Part shown: positions 37,116 to 47,937 of the stretch, piece by piece | Position numbering within the stretch: the stretch's first letter is position 1 | Layout of the letters: the number at the start of each line of letters is the position of its first letter | Source of the DNA: Candidatus Fraserbacteria bacterium | Lineage (GTDB): Bacteria > Bipolaricaulota > Bipolaricaulia > RBG-16-55-9 | Length of the DNA: 64,000 bases | Direction: 5' to 3' | NCBI GenBank assembly: GCA_037442925.1 | Contig: JBBIPG010000001.1 | Coordinates: 1,368-65,367, forward strand | Program-made: the position numbers and the translations under genes | The notes under the pieces: model-generated | The model's input: the letters and a program-made list of their open reading frames with translations, nothing else | Databases searched by the model: none | Told to the model about the DNA's origin: nothing

Positions 37116-38279
37116 TCATATGGATCGGGGATAGCGTTTGTAGCGGGCTTCGATCTCCGCAATCGAGTCGCCACCCAGCTTCTCGAGAAAGGCATCTGCG
37201 AGCGTGAGCGCAAGAACGTTCTCGGCGATCACGGAGGCGGCGGGCACGGCACAGACATCCGAACGTTCTATGTGCGCCTCCTGCCGCTCTTTGCTGATGA
37301 TATCAACAGAGTCGAGGGGACGGCTCAAGGTAGAGAGTGGCTTCATGGCCACTCTGATAATAATGGGCTCCCCTGTGCTGATGCCCCCTTCTATGCCGCC
37401 CGCCCGCGAGGTCTTGCGATAGAAGCCGGCCTCTCGTTCGTAGTAGATCGCATCGTGAGCTTCTGAGCCCCACGTGGAGGCCACCTCGAAGCTGAGTCCC
37501 ACGCCCACGGCTTTGATGGCTTGAATGCTCATCATGGCTTGAGCGATTTGGGCATCAAGTTTGCGATCCCAGTGGACGTGGCTGCCCAAGCCGGGAGGCG
37601 CACCCCGTGCGATCACTTCGAAGGCCCCGCCGACGGTGTTCTTGTCGGCCATGGCTTGTTGAATGCGGGCGATCATGGCTTTCTCCGCGCTGGGATCGAG
37701 GCAACGAACGGGTGAGGCATCGGCTTTCTCGTTCAGCATGTCTAGATCGTCATATTGGCTGTGGCTGACATCGCTCTGCGCGTTGTGGATCTGTGTGACG
37801 TGACTGGCAATTGTGATGTTGAAGTGTTCTAGGAGCTGGCGCGCGATGGCACCGAGGGCCACGCGCATGGCCGTCTCACGCGCGCTGGCTCGCTCAAGAA
37901 CATTGCGAATGTCTCGGTGCTGATATTTGATGGCACCGGCCAGATCTGCATGGCCCGGACGGGGCACAGTCACGGGTTTATAATCTGGAGGCTCCTGCCA
38001 AGGGTCCATTCGCTCTTTCCAGTTCTCCCAATCGCGATTCCAGATCACAAGGGCAATGGGACTCCCGAGCGTTCTGCCAAAGCGAATTCCCGCAAGAACT
38101 TCGACTTGATCGTTCTCGATGAGCATGCGCCCGCCGCGGCCATAACCCTGCTGCCGACGGCAAAGTTGTTTGTTGATGGCTTCTCGATTGATAGGAAGGC
38201 CTGCGGGCATTCCCTCGAGGATACCCACAAGCGCCCGTCCGTGAGATTCGCCGGCTGTCAGATATCGCAATCGGTGCAT
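37116..38279 (-). CDS. aroC: Chorismate synthase
   Basis: MHRLRYLTAGESHGRALVGILEG N-terminus. Confidence 0.92.
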   Translation of the reverse strand: MHRLRYLTAGESHGRALVGILEGMPAGLPINREAINKQLCRRQQGYGRGGRMLIENDQVEVLAGIRFGRTLGSPIALVIWNRDWENWKERMDPWQEPPDYKPVTVPRPGHADLAGAIKYQHRDIRNVLERASARETAMRVALGAIARQLLEHFNITIASHVTQIHNAQSDVSHSQYDDLDMLNEKADASPVRCLDPSAEKAMIARIQQAMADKNTVGGAFEVIARGAPPGLGSHVHWDRKLDAQIAQAMMSIQAIKAVGVGLSFEVASTWGSEAHDAIYYEREAGFYRKTSRAGGIEGGISTGEPIIIRVAMKPLSTLSRPLDSVDIISKERQEAHIERSDVCAVPAASVIAENVLALTLADAFLEKLGGDSIAEIEARYKRYPRSI

Positions 38280-38330
38280 GGCCTTCCACTATGGACGAGA
38301 GCAGTAGAGCTTGTCAACTGAAAAGAGAAG

Positions 38331-38379
38331 GGTGACAGGGGCTCATCTCGTTTGTCATGTGAGATGACTCTGTCACCCT
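38331..38379 (-). terminator. Long hairpin terminator downstream of the 38414..39265 gene
   Basis: GGGTGACAGGGGCTCATCTC-loop-GAGATGA..CTGTCACCC. Followed on the minus strand by TTCTCTTTTC. Confidence 0.5.
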
Positions 38380-38413
38380 CCGTGTCCATCGGGATGGGTC
38401 ACATTAAAGCAGC

Positions 38414-39265
38414 TCATGGCGAAACACGAATGTCCATGTCTTGTTCCACTTGGATCTGGATCCACGCAAGACCGTTGCGCTGGTCATAGCTTACTCCCAG
38501 CACCATCCCGGCATAGGGCGCACGAAGATAGAGCTTCTGCATGGCGTCTGTAAGAGCTGCCAGTCGCTCTTCGAACTGTCGCTCACCGAAGAAGAGAGCG
38601 TTCAACTTGCCCGTGAACGAAGCTCGTTCTAGTTGCAAGTCGTTGATCTGCTTCTGGATCTGCGCTAGAGTTGCAGGATCTTTCACGCAAAGCGGTTCGT
38701 CTTGCGCCACGAGCTGGTAGGGCTGAACCAGAGGCTCGCCTGCACAAGAGAGCTCTTTGAGCACGAGGTGCGAGTTGGGAACAGCTTGATTTCCACTGTC
38801 CTTCCACTCCCAATCGATGCGAGCTGCCTCCACACGCTGAGTGACCGGCCGGCCCAGCTGACGCACGATCCAGTAGGCCTCCCGGACCTCATGCAGGGGA
38901 GTTGCCCCACAAAGCTCGATTCGAAGTGCGGTGGCCATCTGTAGAGTTCGGGCGGCATAGCGAACCTGGAGCATGCCATCCTCCGCATCGTAGTCCAACT
39001 CCTCAATGCCTGGGTTAAAGCGCAGCATCGAAGGGTCCACAGAAGGCGCGATGCGTACTCGAAGCGCGCTGATCCGCGCGCGATCCTGTTCGTTCAACGT
39101 CAAGCGAAAGATCTTACTCGGTTGGATGCAAACTGCATTCACCGCATCCTCACTCCCGCCCACTCGCGAAGGGAAGTTCGCCGTCTGCGAAGCTCCCAAG
39201 ATGAGCAGCACTCCTAAAGGCACCGCTATGACCAAGAGCTTCAACGTTCCAAGCCGAGTCATCAT
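38414..39265 (-). CDS. Secreted hypothetical protein
   Basis: 283 aa, signal peptide, no family recognised. Confidence 0.5.
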   Translation of the reverse strand: MMTRLGTLKLLVIAVPLGVLLILGASQTANFPSRVGGSEDAVNAVCIQPSKIFRLTLNEQDRARISALRVRIAPSVDPSMLRFNPGIEELDYDAEDGMLQVRYAARTLQMATALRIELCGATPLHEVREAYWIVRQLGRPVTQRVEAARIDWEWKDSGNQAVPNSHLVLKELSCAGEPLVQPYQLVAQDEPLCVKDPATLAQIQKQINDLQLERASFTGKLNALFFGERQFEERLAALTDAMQKLYLRAPYAGMVLGVSYDQRNGLAWIQIQVEQDMDIRVSP

Positions 39266-39389
39266 CGTATGTCACCCCTTTCGATGGGTCGATCCATGTA
39301 CATCTACTCTTTTGGCGTTACAGAGTTTCATTTGTTTCATGGCTCGTGTTTCTGTTTCGCTTCCTTGCGGGATGCTATAATGAGTTGCT

Positions 39390-41078
39390 ATGCACGTTGA
39401 GGGGATCACGCTGGCAGCGGTGGTCAACGAACTTCGCCAGAGCATCCAGGGCGGTTTCATCCAACAGATCTATCAACCACTTGCGGATCTTCTCGTTCTC
39501 AAGCTCTACACCAGAGAGAAGCATTCATTACTCATCGCGGCTTCTCAGGACGCGCGCCTGCATCTCACGGAGCAGAAGTACGAGAATCCGTCGGTGCCTT
39601 CGCCGTTCTGCATGTTGCTGCGCAAGCATCTAAAAGGTGGGAGGATTGAGGAGATTCACCAGCCAAACTGGGAACGCATCGTGGATTTTAGTGTCGTCTG
39701 CCACCAGGGTGTCTACGTGCTGCGCGCGGAATTGATGGGATCTCATAGCAACGTGATTCTTCTAAAAGACGACGCCGTCGTGGGAGCGCTCAAAGTCACG
39801 AGCGGCCAACGCAAACTCGTTCCTCATGCCCACTATGCGCCACCATCGCCTCAAGACAAGCTGAATCTGCGTATGGCCACGAAAGAGGAACTATTTCAGG
39901 CTCTCCAGGCTCACGCAGACAAGAGTGTCAAGCAAGGTCTTCTGGGCACCATCGATGGCATTGGACCCCGCAGCGCGAGCGAGATCGTCTTGAGGGCCCG
40001 GCTACAGCCCGAAGAGACTATCGCCTCGCTGAGCAAAGAAGAGTTGGGTGCCCTCTGGGAAGTTATTGATGAATTCTTCTCCCGAATCGTTCGGGGCAAC
40101 CTGGAGCCCTGCGTCTATCTCAAAGCGGGAGAACCCTTTGACTGCACGCCGTTTCCCTTTGTGAGTTATTCCCGGCTCGAAGTGAGAAGATTCGAGAGCA
40201 TGTCTCAGGCGTTGGACGCCTGCCATCGGGAACGCCATCAAGAGCCATTCGAGCGACTCACTCGCGTCCTCGCGCAGCAGCTCAAGCACCGCCTCAACAA
40301 GACAGAGAAAGCTCTCAGCCAACTGATGAAGGATCTGGCAGATGCCGAGAGATTCCAAGAGTACAAAGAGCGTGGAGATCTTCTGATCACTCATCTTCGG
40401 CAGATTAAGAAAGGCCAGCGGCAGATCGAGGTGGAGGATCTTGCGAGGGGAGGCAAGCGGGTCATTTCGCTCGATCCGACCCTTGATCCGGCTGCCAATG
40501 CCCAGCGTTACTATGAACGCTACAAGAAGCTCAAGCGCGGAGTTGAAAAGCTCACGGAGCGACGGCACGAACTGGAAATGGAGATCAGCTATCTTCAGAA
40601 CGTGGGAGTGCAACTGGAGCAGGCGGAGAATCTCGAGGAGTTAAGAGAGCTTCAAGCCGAGCTAGAACTGGAGGGTTCTCTATCTCGATCTAGTAAGAAA
40701 AGATCTCAACCGGTATCCTCAGGTCCTCGGCGCTACCCAATAGATGGTTTCTTGGTGCTGGTCGGACGGAATGGCCGCCAGAACGACGCGCTCATCCGGC
40801 AGGCGAATCGAGAAGAGTACTGGTTGCACGCCAAAGATCGTCCGGGAGCCCATGTCGTGATTATGAGCGATCAGCGCGGTGCTGTGCCTCCAGAACGGGT
40901 CTTGTTGCGCGCAGCTCAGTTGGCTGCGTATTATTCCCGTGGGCGCGGCTCCACGAAGGTGCCTGTCACATACACGCGAGTGAAATACTTGAGGAAACCG
41001 AAGGGGGCAAGACCGGGGCTGGTCACGGTTACTCGCGAAGAAGGCACGCTCATCGTCTCCCCCAAGGAGGAGGAATGA
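39390..41078 (+). CDS. rqcH: Ribosome quality control protein RqcH (NFACT family)
   Basis: N-terminal ...ENPSVPSPFCMLLRKHLKGGRIEEI matches Bacillus RqcH. C-terminal NFACT-R/DUF814 (GRNGRQND...HAKDRPGAHVVI). Confidence 0.85.
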   Translation: MHVEGITLAAVVNELRQSIQGGFIQQIYQPLADLLVLKLYTREKHSLLIAASQDARLHLTEQKYENPSVPSPFCMLLRKHLKGGRIEEIHQPNWERIVDFSVVCHQGVYVLRAELMGSHSNVILLKDDAVVGALKVTSGQRKLVPHAHYAPPSPQDKLNLRMATKEELFQALQAHADKSVKQGLLGTIDGIGPRSASEIVLRARLQPEETIASLSKEELGALWEVIDEFFSRIVRGNLEPCVYLKAGEPFDCTPFPFVSYSRLEVRRFESMSQALDACHRERHQEPFERLTRVLAQQLKHRLNKTEKALSQLMKDLADAERFQEYKERGDLLITHLRQIKKGQRQIEVEDLARGGKRVISLDPTLDPAANAQRYYERYKKLKRGVEKLTERRHELEMEISYLQNVGVQLEQAENLEELRELQAELELEGSLSRSSKKRSQPVSSGPRRYPIDGFLVLVGRNGRQNDALIRQANREEYWLHAKDRPGAHVVIMSDQRGAVPPERVLLRAAQLAAYYSRGRGSTKVPVTYTRVKYLRKPKGARPGLVTVTREEGTLIVSPKEEE

Positions 41079-41746
41079 ACCGCTTCCGCTCGACATTTGC
41101 TTTGGCCAGCGCCACTCAGTATATCGTCTTGGCCGTCATCATCGTCTATGCCATCCAGATCATCCAGCAGCCCAAGGGGGGCTCCGGGTTCTTTGACCTC
41201 TTCGACATTTCACGCATCACTCCATTTGAACTGACCTTTGGGTTGATCACGCCTCCCGAGATCCCCGATGTCTTCTGGCAACTGGTTACGTACATGTTCT
41301 TGCATGGCAGCCTGTGGCACATACTGTTTAACATGTGGGCTCTTTGGTTGTTCGGCCATGCGCTCGAGGCGGTCTGGGGGATGCAGCGGTTTTTGGTCTA
41401 TTACTTCTTTACGGGCATAGGGGCGGGGCTGACTGTGGTGGTGATCGCCCTCTGGACCGGCCAGCCCGGCATGAACATCACGATTGGTGCTTCAGGGGCG
41501 GTCTACGGGTTGCTGCTGGCATTTGGAATGCTCTTCCCCAATCAGGCATTATACTTGTTCTTCATCCCGGTCCCGATCCCAGCCAAGTACGCGGTGCTCC
41601 TCTTGGGCGGGTTCGCCTTTGTGGCCTCGATCACCGGCATCCAGCCTGGCATAAGCAACATCGGGCATCTGGGTGGATTGCTGTTCGGATTCATCTACCT
41701 CAAAGGCCGCCGTTGGTGGGTCAGGCTTCGCGATCTTGAACGCTGA
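41075..41746 (+). CDS. Rhomboid family intramembrane serine protease
   Basis: GASGAVYGLL (GxSG) and downstream His in TM helix. Confidence 0.8.
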   Translation: MNRFRSTFALASATQYIVLAVIIVYAIQIIQQPKGGSGFFDLFDISRITPFELTFGLITPPEIPDVFWQLVTYMFLHGSLWHILFNMWALWLFGHALEAVWGMQRFLVYYFFTGIGAGLTVVVIALWTGQPGMNITIGASGAVYGLLLAFGMLFPNQALYLFFIPVPIPAKYAVLLLGGFAFVASITGIQPGISNIGHLGGLLFGFIYLKGRRWWVRLRDLER

Positions 41747-41788
41747 GCGGGAGGATTTGAGAAGGCAAGAGCCGCCTGATACAATGTC

Positions 41789-42034
41789 TTGAAAGCGAGG
41801 TCGAGCGGAATGCGAACGTTTCTTCTGGTGCTCTTTGTGCTGGATGCGCTGGTGCTGATCGGCTTGATTCTCATGCAGATGAGCCGACACGCCGGCTTGG
41901 GCGGAGCCTTCGGAGGAGGAGGAAGCCACACGGTATTCGGACGCGAAGAGCAGAGCGATCCCAAGCGCACCGCCACAGCTTGGTTGGCAGCTCTCTTTAT
42001 GGTCTTGGGACTGGCTCTCTCTTTGGTGTCGTAA
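41789..42034 (+). CDS. secG: Preprotein translocase subunit SecG
   Basis: 81 aa, two TM helices, Gly-rich loop GLGGAFGGGGS. Confidence 0.8.
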   Translation: MKARSSGMRTFLLVLFVLDALVLIGLILMQMSRHAGLGGAFGGGGSHTVFGREEQSDPKRTATAWLAALFMVLGLALSLVS

Positions 42035-43030
42035 GTGGGGGCATCCATGGCCGCTGATACGCTCATCGAGGTACGAGACCTAAAGACGTACTTTTACACC
42101 GAAGATGGCGTCGTACGCGCAGTAGATGGCGTTTCGTTCTCCCTGGAACGCCAGGGTACTATAGGAGTCGTGGGGGAGTCGGGTTGCGGTAAAAGCCAGA
42201 CGGCGCTTTCCATTATGGGACTTGTGCCCATGCCTCCGGGCAAGATCGTCGGAGGCCAGATCATCTACCACCGCAACGGAACCCCCACGGATCTCACCAA
42301 GCTCGATGCCAAGGGCCGCGAGTATCGCTCGATCCGCGGCAACGAGATCGCCATGATCTTCCAGGAGCCGATGACCTCGCTCAACCCGGTCTACACCATC
42401 GGCAACCAGATCATGGAGGCGATCATGCTCCACCAGAAGAAGACCAAGCGGGACGCTCGAGAACTGGCCATCGCCATGCTCCGCCAAGTGGGGATTCCCC
42501 TGCCGGAGCAGCGCGTGGATGAGTATCCTCACCAACTCTCCGGTGGCATGCGACAGCGTGCCATGATCGCCATGGCGCTTTCTTGCAATCCCAATCTGCT
42601 CATCGCCGATGAGCCCACGACAGCTCTGGATGTGACCATTCAGGCCCAGATTCTCGAGCTCATCAAGACGCTGCAAGATCAGTATCACATGTCGCTCATG
42701 ATGATCACCCACAACTTAGGGGTGATCGCGGAAACGGCCGACGATGTGGTCGTCATGTACATGGGAAAGGTCGTCGAGCACGCTCCTGTAGATGCAGTCT
42801 TCCACAATCCAAAGCACCCCTACACCCAGGGGTTGATGGAGTCCATTCCGGCGCTCACGAAGAAGAAGGAGCGGCTCAAGCCCATCAAAGGGGTGGTGCC
42901 CGATCCCTACAACATACCCAAGGGGTGCCCCTTCCAGACCAGGTGTCCATACGTGATGGAGACCTGCAAGGAGATGCCTCCGTTGGAGGAGGTGGAGCCG
43001 GGTCACAAAGTCGCCTGCTGGCTATATTAG
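42035..43030 (+). CDS. oppD: Oligopeptide/dipeptide ABC transporter ATP-binding protein (OppD/DppD)
   Basis: Walker [18 protein letters not shown]-terminal oligopeptide ABC extension. Confidence 0.88.
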   Translation: MGASMAADTLIEVRDLKTYFYTEDGVVRAVDGVSFSLERQGTIGVVGESGCGKSQTALSIMGLVPMPPGKIVGGQIIYHRNGTPTDLTKLDAKGREYRSIRGNEIAMIFQEPMTSLNPVYTIGNQIMEAIMLHQKKTKRDARELAIAMLRQVGIPLPEQRVDEYPHQLSGGMRQRAMIAMALSCNPNLLIADEPTTALDVTIQAQILELIKTLQDQYHMSLMMITHNLGVIAETADDVVVMYMGKVVEHAPVDAVFHNPKHPYTQGLMESIPALTKKKERLKPIKGVVPDPYNIPKGCPFQTRCPYVMETCKEMPPLEEVEPGHKVACWLY

Positions 43031-43054
43031 TGAGTACTGTGCGTGAAGGAGTGA

Positions 43055-44116
43055 ATGGAAGTGGCGAATGAGGAATTGCTTCTGGAAGTCAAGAAACTGA
43101 AGAAGTACTTTCCTGTGAAGCGTGGGATCTTTCGGCGGACGGTTGCCCATGTCAAGGCGGTTGATGGGATCGATTTCTTCATCAAGAAGGGAGAAACGCT
43201 GGGGTTGGTGGGCGAGTCGGGCTGTGGCAAGACGACGGCAGGTCGCACCATTCTGCGACTCATCGAACCCGATCCAGGCAGCCAGATCCTCTTCCACACG
43301 AATGGCCAGATGATCGATATTGCCAAACTGCGCCCCAGACAGCTCAAGCCCCTGCGCCGCCAGATGCAGATCATCTTCCAAGATCCTTACTCCAGCTTGA
43401 ACCCGCGTATGACCATTGGCGACATTGTGGGTGAACCTCTTGTGGTTCACGGCGTGGCCCGCGGCCGGGAGCGCGAAGCGCGCGTGCGCGAGTTGCTGGA
43501 AGCCGTCGGTCTCAACCCGGCCTACATGAAGCGCTACCCCCATGAGTTCAGTGGCGGTCAGCGGCAGAGAATCGGTATCGCCCGTGCGTTGGCTCTCGAC
43601 CCTCAGCTCATCATCTGTGACGAGCCGGTTTCGGCCTTGGACGTTTCAATTCAAGCCCAAGTGCTCAACTTGTTGGAAGACCTTCAGAAAGAGTTTGGAT
43701 TGACGTATCTGTTCATCGCTCACGACTTAAGCGTGGTGCGCCACATCAGTAGCCGGATCGCCGTGATGTACTTGGGCAAGATCGTGGAGATGGCCGAAAC
43801 GGAAGAGCTGTTCAAGTCACCCAAGCATCCCTATACGGAGGCGTTGCTGTCGGCAGTTCCGGTGCCCGACCCTGCGATCAAGATGGACCGCATCATTCTC
43901 GAAGGGGACGTGCCTAGCCCTGTGAATCCGCCCTCGGGATGCGTCTTCCATCCCCGATGTCCTTACTACGCCAAGAACAAATGGGAGCCCTGCAAGAACG
44001 ATGTGCCTCCTCTTGTGGATGTGACCGGGAATGGCCACTACTCCAGCTGCCACTTCGCCCGGGAGCTCCAGCTTCATGGCGTAGAGGAGATCGTGGAGCG
44101 ACGGTCGCGCTCATAA
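43055..44116 (+). CDS. oppF: Oligopeptide/dipeptide ABC transporter ATP-binding protein (OppF/DppF)
   Basis: [17 protein letters not shown]. Confidence 0.88.
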   Translation: MEVANEELLLEVKKLKKYFPVKRGIFRRTVAHVKAVDGIDFFIKKGETLGLVGESGCGKTTAGRTILRLIEPDPGSQILFHTNGQMIDIAKLRPRQLKPLRRQMQIIFQDPYSSLNPRMTIGDIVGEPLVVHGVARGREREARVRELLEAVGLNPAYMKRYPHEFSGGQRQRIGIARALALDPQLIICDEPVSALDVSIQAQVLNLLEDLQKEFGLTYLFIAHDLSVVRHISSRIAVMYLGKIVEMAETEELFKSPKHPYTEALLSAVPVPDPAIKMDRIILEGDVPSPVNPPSGCVFHPRCPYYAKNKWEPCKNDVPPLVDVTGNGHYSSCHFARELQLHGVEEIVERRSRS

Positions 44117-44120
44117 GTCA

Positions 44121-44714
44121 GTGAAGCTGCTGCTCGGGACAAAAAACGACAAGAAATTCCCGGAATTTTTCCAGATTCTCGCGAATCTCCCCGTGGAATG
44201 GCTGACGTATCATGAGTGCCCCTTCCGTGACGTAAGAGAAGACGGTCGCACGTTTAAAGAAAATGCACTCAAAAAGGCTCGCCAGATCAGTCAGGCGACA
44301 GGGCTGGCCGTCTTGGCTGAGGATGCCGGCTTGGAGGTGGAGGCATTAGGAGGCAAGCCAGGTGTGTACTCGGCTCGCTTTGCAGGAGTTGCTGGTCGAA
44401 GGGCGACGGACCAGCAGAACATCGAAAAGCTTCTCAAGTTGCTGAAGGGTGTGGAAGATAGGAGGGCCCACTTTGTTTGCGTGGCTGTACTGCATTTCCC
44501 AGACGGGAAAGAGCTGATTTCTGAAGGAGAACTCAAGGGGCACATCGCTCAGGAGGCCCGAGGAACGCACGGCTTCGGCTACGACCCCGTGTTTATTCCT
44601 GAGGGCTATGAGAAGACGCTGGCAGAGCTGGGACCGTCTGTGAAAGACGAGATCAGTCATCGCAAGAAAGCGCTGGAACGACTCAAAAAAGAGCTTCAAG
44701 CTAAGGTTATTTGA
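44121..44714 (+). CDS. rdgB: dITP/XTP pyrophosphatase (Ham1/RdgB)
   Basis: GTKNDKK..., FGYDPVF motifs. Confidence 0.9.
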   Translation: MKLLLGTKNDKKFPEFFQILANLPVEWLTYHECPFRDVREDGRTFKENALKKARQISQATGLAVLAEDAGLEVEALGGKPGVYSARFAGVAGRRATDQQNIEKLLKLLKGVEDRRAHFVCVAVLHFPDGKELISEGELKGHIAQEARGTHGFGYDPVFIPEGYEKTLAELGPSVKDEISHRKKALERLKKELQAKVI

Positions 44715-44770
44715 CAGCCTCCCGAAAGTAAGCTATTCTTGATCTGGTAATACTATTATGAAACGGTAAG

Positions 44771-45022
44771 GTGATGGCCATGATCGGTAGCAAGCTGACC
44801 TCCAAAGGCCAGACGACGATTCCTAAAGAGATTCGAGACTTTCTCGGCCTGCGAGCTGGAGATCGGGTGGTCTTCCTTCGCCGGGAGGGGGAAGTCATCC
44901 TACAAGCTGTGAAGCAGACGCTTTTGGACCTGCGTGGGAGCATCCAGATTCGTAGACAGCCGGAGGACTTCGATCAGATCCGCCGACAAGTCAAGCGCCG
45001 AATGACCCGCAAGGGCGCATGA
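44771..45022 (+). CDS. vapB: AbrB/MazE-fold antitoxin (VapB-like)
   Basis: KLTSKGQTTIPKEIRD swapped-hairpin motif. Stop immediately followed by the PIN gene's ATG (TGAATG). Confidence 0.7.
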   Translation: MMAMIGSKLTSKGQTTIPKEIRDFLGLRAGDRVVFLRREGEVILQAVKQTLLDLRGSIQIRRQPEDFDQIRRQVKRRMTRKGA

Positions 45023-45451
45023 ATGACTCCGTGCTTTGTCGATACCAACATCTTCTTGCGCTTTCTCACTAGTGATGTCCCTGCTCAGGCCGAGGCGGTT
45101 GCGCAGCTACTGCGGCGAGCAGCAGACGGGAAAGTCTCCCTAAAAACGAGCGCGCTTGTGATCGCAGAGCTTGTCTGGACGTTGGAATCCTATTATGAGC
45201 TGGATCGCGAGGAGATCAAGGCCAAAGTGTTGGCGATCTTGAATACGCCGGGGTTGGAGGTGGAGGATGGCGAGCTCATTGGAGAAACCATTCTGTTCTA
45301 TGCAGAGAAGAATGTGGATTTCATTGATGCGTACCACGCTTATTGGATGAAGAGCCATGGACTCTCTCGGGTGTATACCTTCGATACGAAACACTTTACG
45401 CGGGCTGAGGGGATCATACCTCTGGTGCCGGGAGCCAAGGAGCAGGCGTAA
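45023..45451 (+). CDS. vapC: PIN-domain toxin VapC
   Basis: FVDTNIFLRFL N-terminus with acidic PIN residues. Confidence 0.8.
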   Translation: MTPCFVDTNIFLRFLTSDVPAQAEAVAQLLRRAADGKVSLKTSALVIAELVWTLESYYELDREEIKAKVLAILNTPGLEVEDGELIGETILFYAEKNVDFIDAYHAYWMKSHGLSRVYTFDTKHFTRAEGIIPLVPGAKEQA

Positions 45452-45497
45452 CACAGAGATCTTCAAGCCAAGCTTTCCTAGGACCCCATCTACACTC

Positions 45498-45525
45498 TTG
45501 CCAGATATTAAGAGCGTGTTATCAT
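45498..45525 (+). promoter_or_regulatory. Putative promoter for the protease-WD40 gene
   Basis: TTGCCA - 16 nt - TATCAT. Followed by a 6-bp hairpin in the leader. Confidence 0.35.
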
Positions 45526-45589
45526 ATGGGAGTAGGCCCGGATGTGGGTTTGAAAGAGTTCACATCTAGGCCAGAAAAGGAGGGCGCCC

Positions 45590-47064
45590 ATGCTCAAGCG
45601 TGGTCTCAGGCTTGCAGCGATACTCGGTTTCTTGTCGGTGTTGATTCTATCGGGGAGTTTTCCTGGAGTGGGGGTAATCGCAAGCGCGCAGCAAGATATT
45701 TCAGCGATCGTCGAGCGTGTCAGGCCGGCGGTCGTCGAAATCGTGACGGATAAGGGGCAAGGGAGCGGATTTATCATCACATCGGATGGGGCAGTTCTCA
45801 CTGCTTACCACGTCGTGCGGGGAGCCAGCAGCATCGAAGCTCGGTTGCCGAATGGCTCAAGCTACAGAGCAACTGTAGGAAGTATGATGAGACGTATGAC
45901 CGTGGGGGCAGCGATCTGGCCTTGCTGAGGGTAAGCGCCAGCGGCCTTCCCACAGTGAGCTTAGGCGACTCGGATACCATCAGGATTGGGCACTCCATCA
46001 TCGTCATGGGCTATCCCTTGGGTATGGGTTTTCTTGTTGGCACCGGAAACATTAGTGGCAGTGTGGATTTTGGCGGTGGGCGCACAGTCTTTGTAATTGA
46101 TGCTGCCGTCAACCCAGGCAACAGCGGCGGACCGCTCCTCAATGATGAAGGTGATGTTATTGGAGTCGTCTTCGGCAGGGCCGATGTCCCCGGGATCAGG
46201 GTGGAGGGAATCAACTTCGCTACCCCAATAAACACTGCCAAGCGTGAGTTGAGACTAAACGTACCCACTGTGCACACCCTCACCCTCGGCCACAACAGCA
46301 CAGTCCTGTCAGTAGTGTTCAGCCCCGACGGACGGCTGCTCGCCTCCGGCTCCGTGTTCTGGGACAGTAGCACGTGGAGAGGAGAGATCAAGCTGTGGGA
46401 TGTAGCCACGGGTCAGGAGATCCGCACCATCAGCCCCAGCGGTAGCTGCACTATCGAGTGGGGGATCGCGTTCAGCCCTAACGGACAATTTCTCGCCTCC
46501 GGCTCCGGGGAAGGAGTGGTCTATTTGTGGGAGGTGGCCACGGGCCGGGAGGTCCGCACCTTAACTACTGGCAACACCTTCTCAGTCTGTTGGGTGGCCT
46601 TCAGCCCGGACGGGCGGTTACTCGCCGCCGCCACCGCCACTGACGACATCAAACTGTGGGAGGTGGCCACGGGTCAGGAGATCCGCACTCTCACTGGCCA
46701 CACCTACGGTGTCCATCAAGTAGCCTTCAGTCCTGACGGAAAGTTCCTCGCTTCCGGTGCTGGTGACTATACTATCAAGCTGTGGGAGGTGACCACGGGC
46801 AAAGAGGTGCACACACTCTCCGGTCACACTGGGTCGGTGTACTCCGTAGCCTTCAGCCCAGATGGGAAGCAGCTCGCCTCAGGTTCCTGGGACGAGACAA
46901 TCAAGCTGTGGGCTGTGGCCACAGGACAAGAAGTTTGCACCCTCACAGGGCACACCGACCAGGTCAATTCGGTAGCCTACAGTCCCGATGGGAGGCTCCT
47001 TGCCTCCGCTGGCTATATGGACCATACGATTAAGCTCTGGAACATCACTGCACTGTCAGGGTGA
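45590..47064 (+). pseudogene. Secreted trypsin-like (S1/HtrA-type) serine protease fused to WD40 repeats, interrupted by a -1 frameshift near 45880
   Basis: ORF 45590..45928 carries signal peptide and the catalytic His (LTAYHVV). The next frame (45922..47064) continues with DLALLRV (Asp) and GNSGGPL (Ser), then 6-7 WD repeats. The two frames join at ...RATVG|KYDETYD. Confidence 0.7.
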
Positions 47065-47115
47065 ATGATCGGGATGATTGCGGGCAACAACACCTCAGGC
47101 AATCAGAACGGTATG

Positions 47116-47240
47116 GGCAACCCCTGCAATCACCCCTGGAACCGACCCGACGTGCCTGATGGGCAAGTGTGTCTGCCATAGATGCAAGGAAGCAACTGGC
47201 GGTCAGCAATCCGCTGTCAGCAGAGACGAAAGACTCAAAG
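47116..47240. repeat. Copy A of about 125-bp direct repeat flanking the DUF433/DUF5615 pair
   Basis: About 80% identical to 47938..48062, read by eye. Core: GTGTGTCTGCCATAGATGCAAGGAAGCAACTGGCGGTCAGCAATC. Confidence 0.6.
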
Positions 47241-47280
47241 CTGATGGCTGAAAGCTGACTGCCAATTCGCTACAATCAAC

Positions 47281-47547
47281 ATGGTGATACCCATGAAGAT
47301 CGCAGAACGCATTGAAGTCGACCATAACATCTGCCACGGCAAGCCCCGCATCGCCGGCACCCGCATCATGGTCGAACAGGTGCTGGATCTCCTAGCCGCT
47401 GGTATCCCCATTGAGCAGATCACTTCCGAGGAATACTTCCCGGATCTCACCAAAGAGGACGTACTGGCCTGCGTGGGCTTCGCCAATGCGTTCCTTAAGG
47501 GCGAAGAGTTCCATATCTACGAACCGGAGACCCCAAGCCCAGCGTGA
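47281..47547 (+). CDS. DUF433 protein (putative antitoxin)
   Basis: 88 aa, ...HGKPRIAGTRIMVEQVLDLLAAG typical of DUF433. Confidence 0.65.
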   Translation: MVIPMKIAERIEVDHNICHGKPRIAGTRIMVEQVLDLLAAGIPIEQITSEEYFPDLTKEDVLACVGFANAFLKGEEFHIYEPETPSPA

Positions 47548-47900
47548 AGATTCTGGCTGATCACTGCGTCTATGGCAAGACCGTTCAACTTCTTCGAGCA
47601 CAAGGCCATGAGGCCATCACGCTCCAGGAGTTGGGGCAGGCCAAGGTCGCTGACCATCAAGTGCTGATGCTGGCTCAGTCACTGGATGCCGTGCTGGTCA
47701 CAAACGACAAGGGATTTGGCAATATCCTGACCTATCCCCCGGAGCGCTATGGAGGCATCCTTGTACTGCGGGTGACCGCCACGAGCCAGCAACGAGTTCA
47801 TCAGATTCTATTGGATTTCTTAAAGTCACATGATCGGGAGTCGTTGCGCAAAGCGCTTGTGGTCATTGATGCCCGGACCTATCGGATCAGAAGAAGCTAG
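47544..47900 (+). CDS. DUF5615 (PIN-like) putative toxin
   Basis: 118 aa, MKILADHCV...LVTNDKGFG. 4-nt overlap with DUF433 gene. Confidence 0.6.
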   Translation: MKILADHCVYGKTVQLLRAQGHEAITLQELGQAKVADHQVLMLAQSLDAVLVTNDKGFGNILTYPPERYGGILVLRVTATSQQRVHQILLDFLKSHDRESLRKALVVIDARTYRIRRS

Positions 47901-47937
47901 CTGGCCAACGATTCCCCGTGGCTCGAAGAATCTTATG

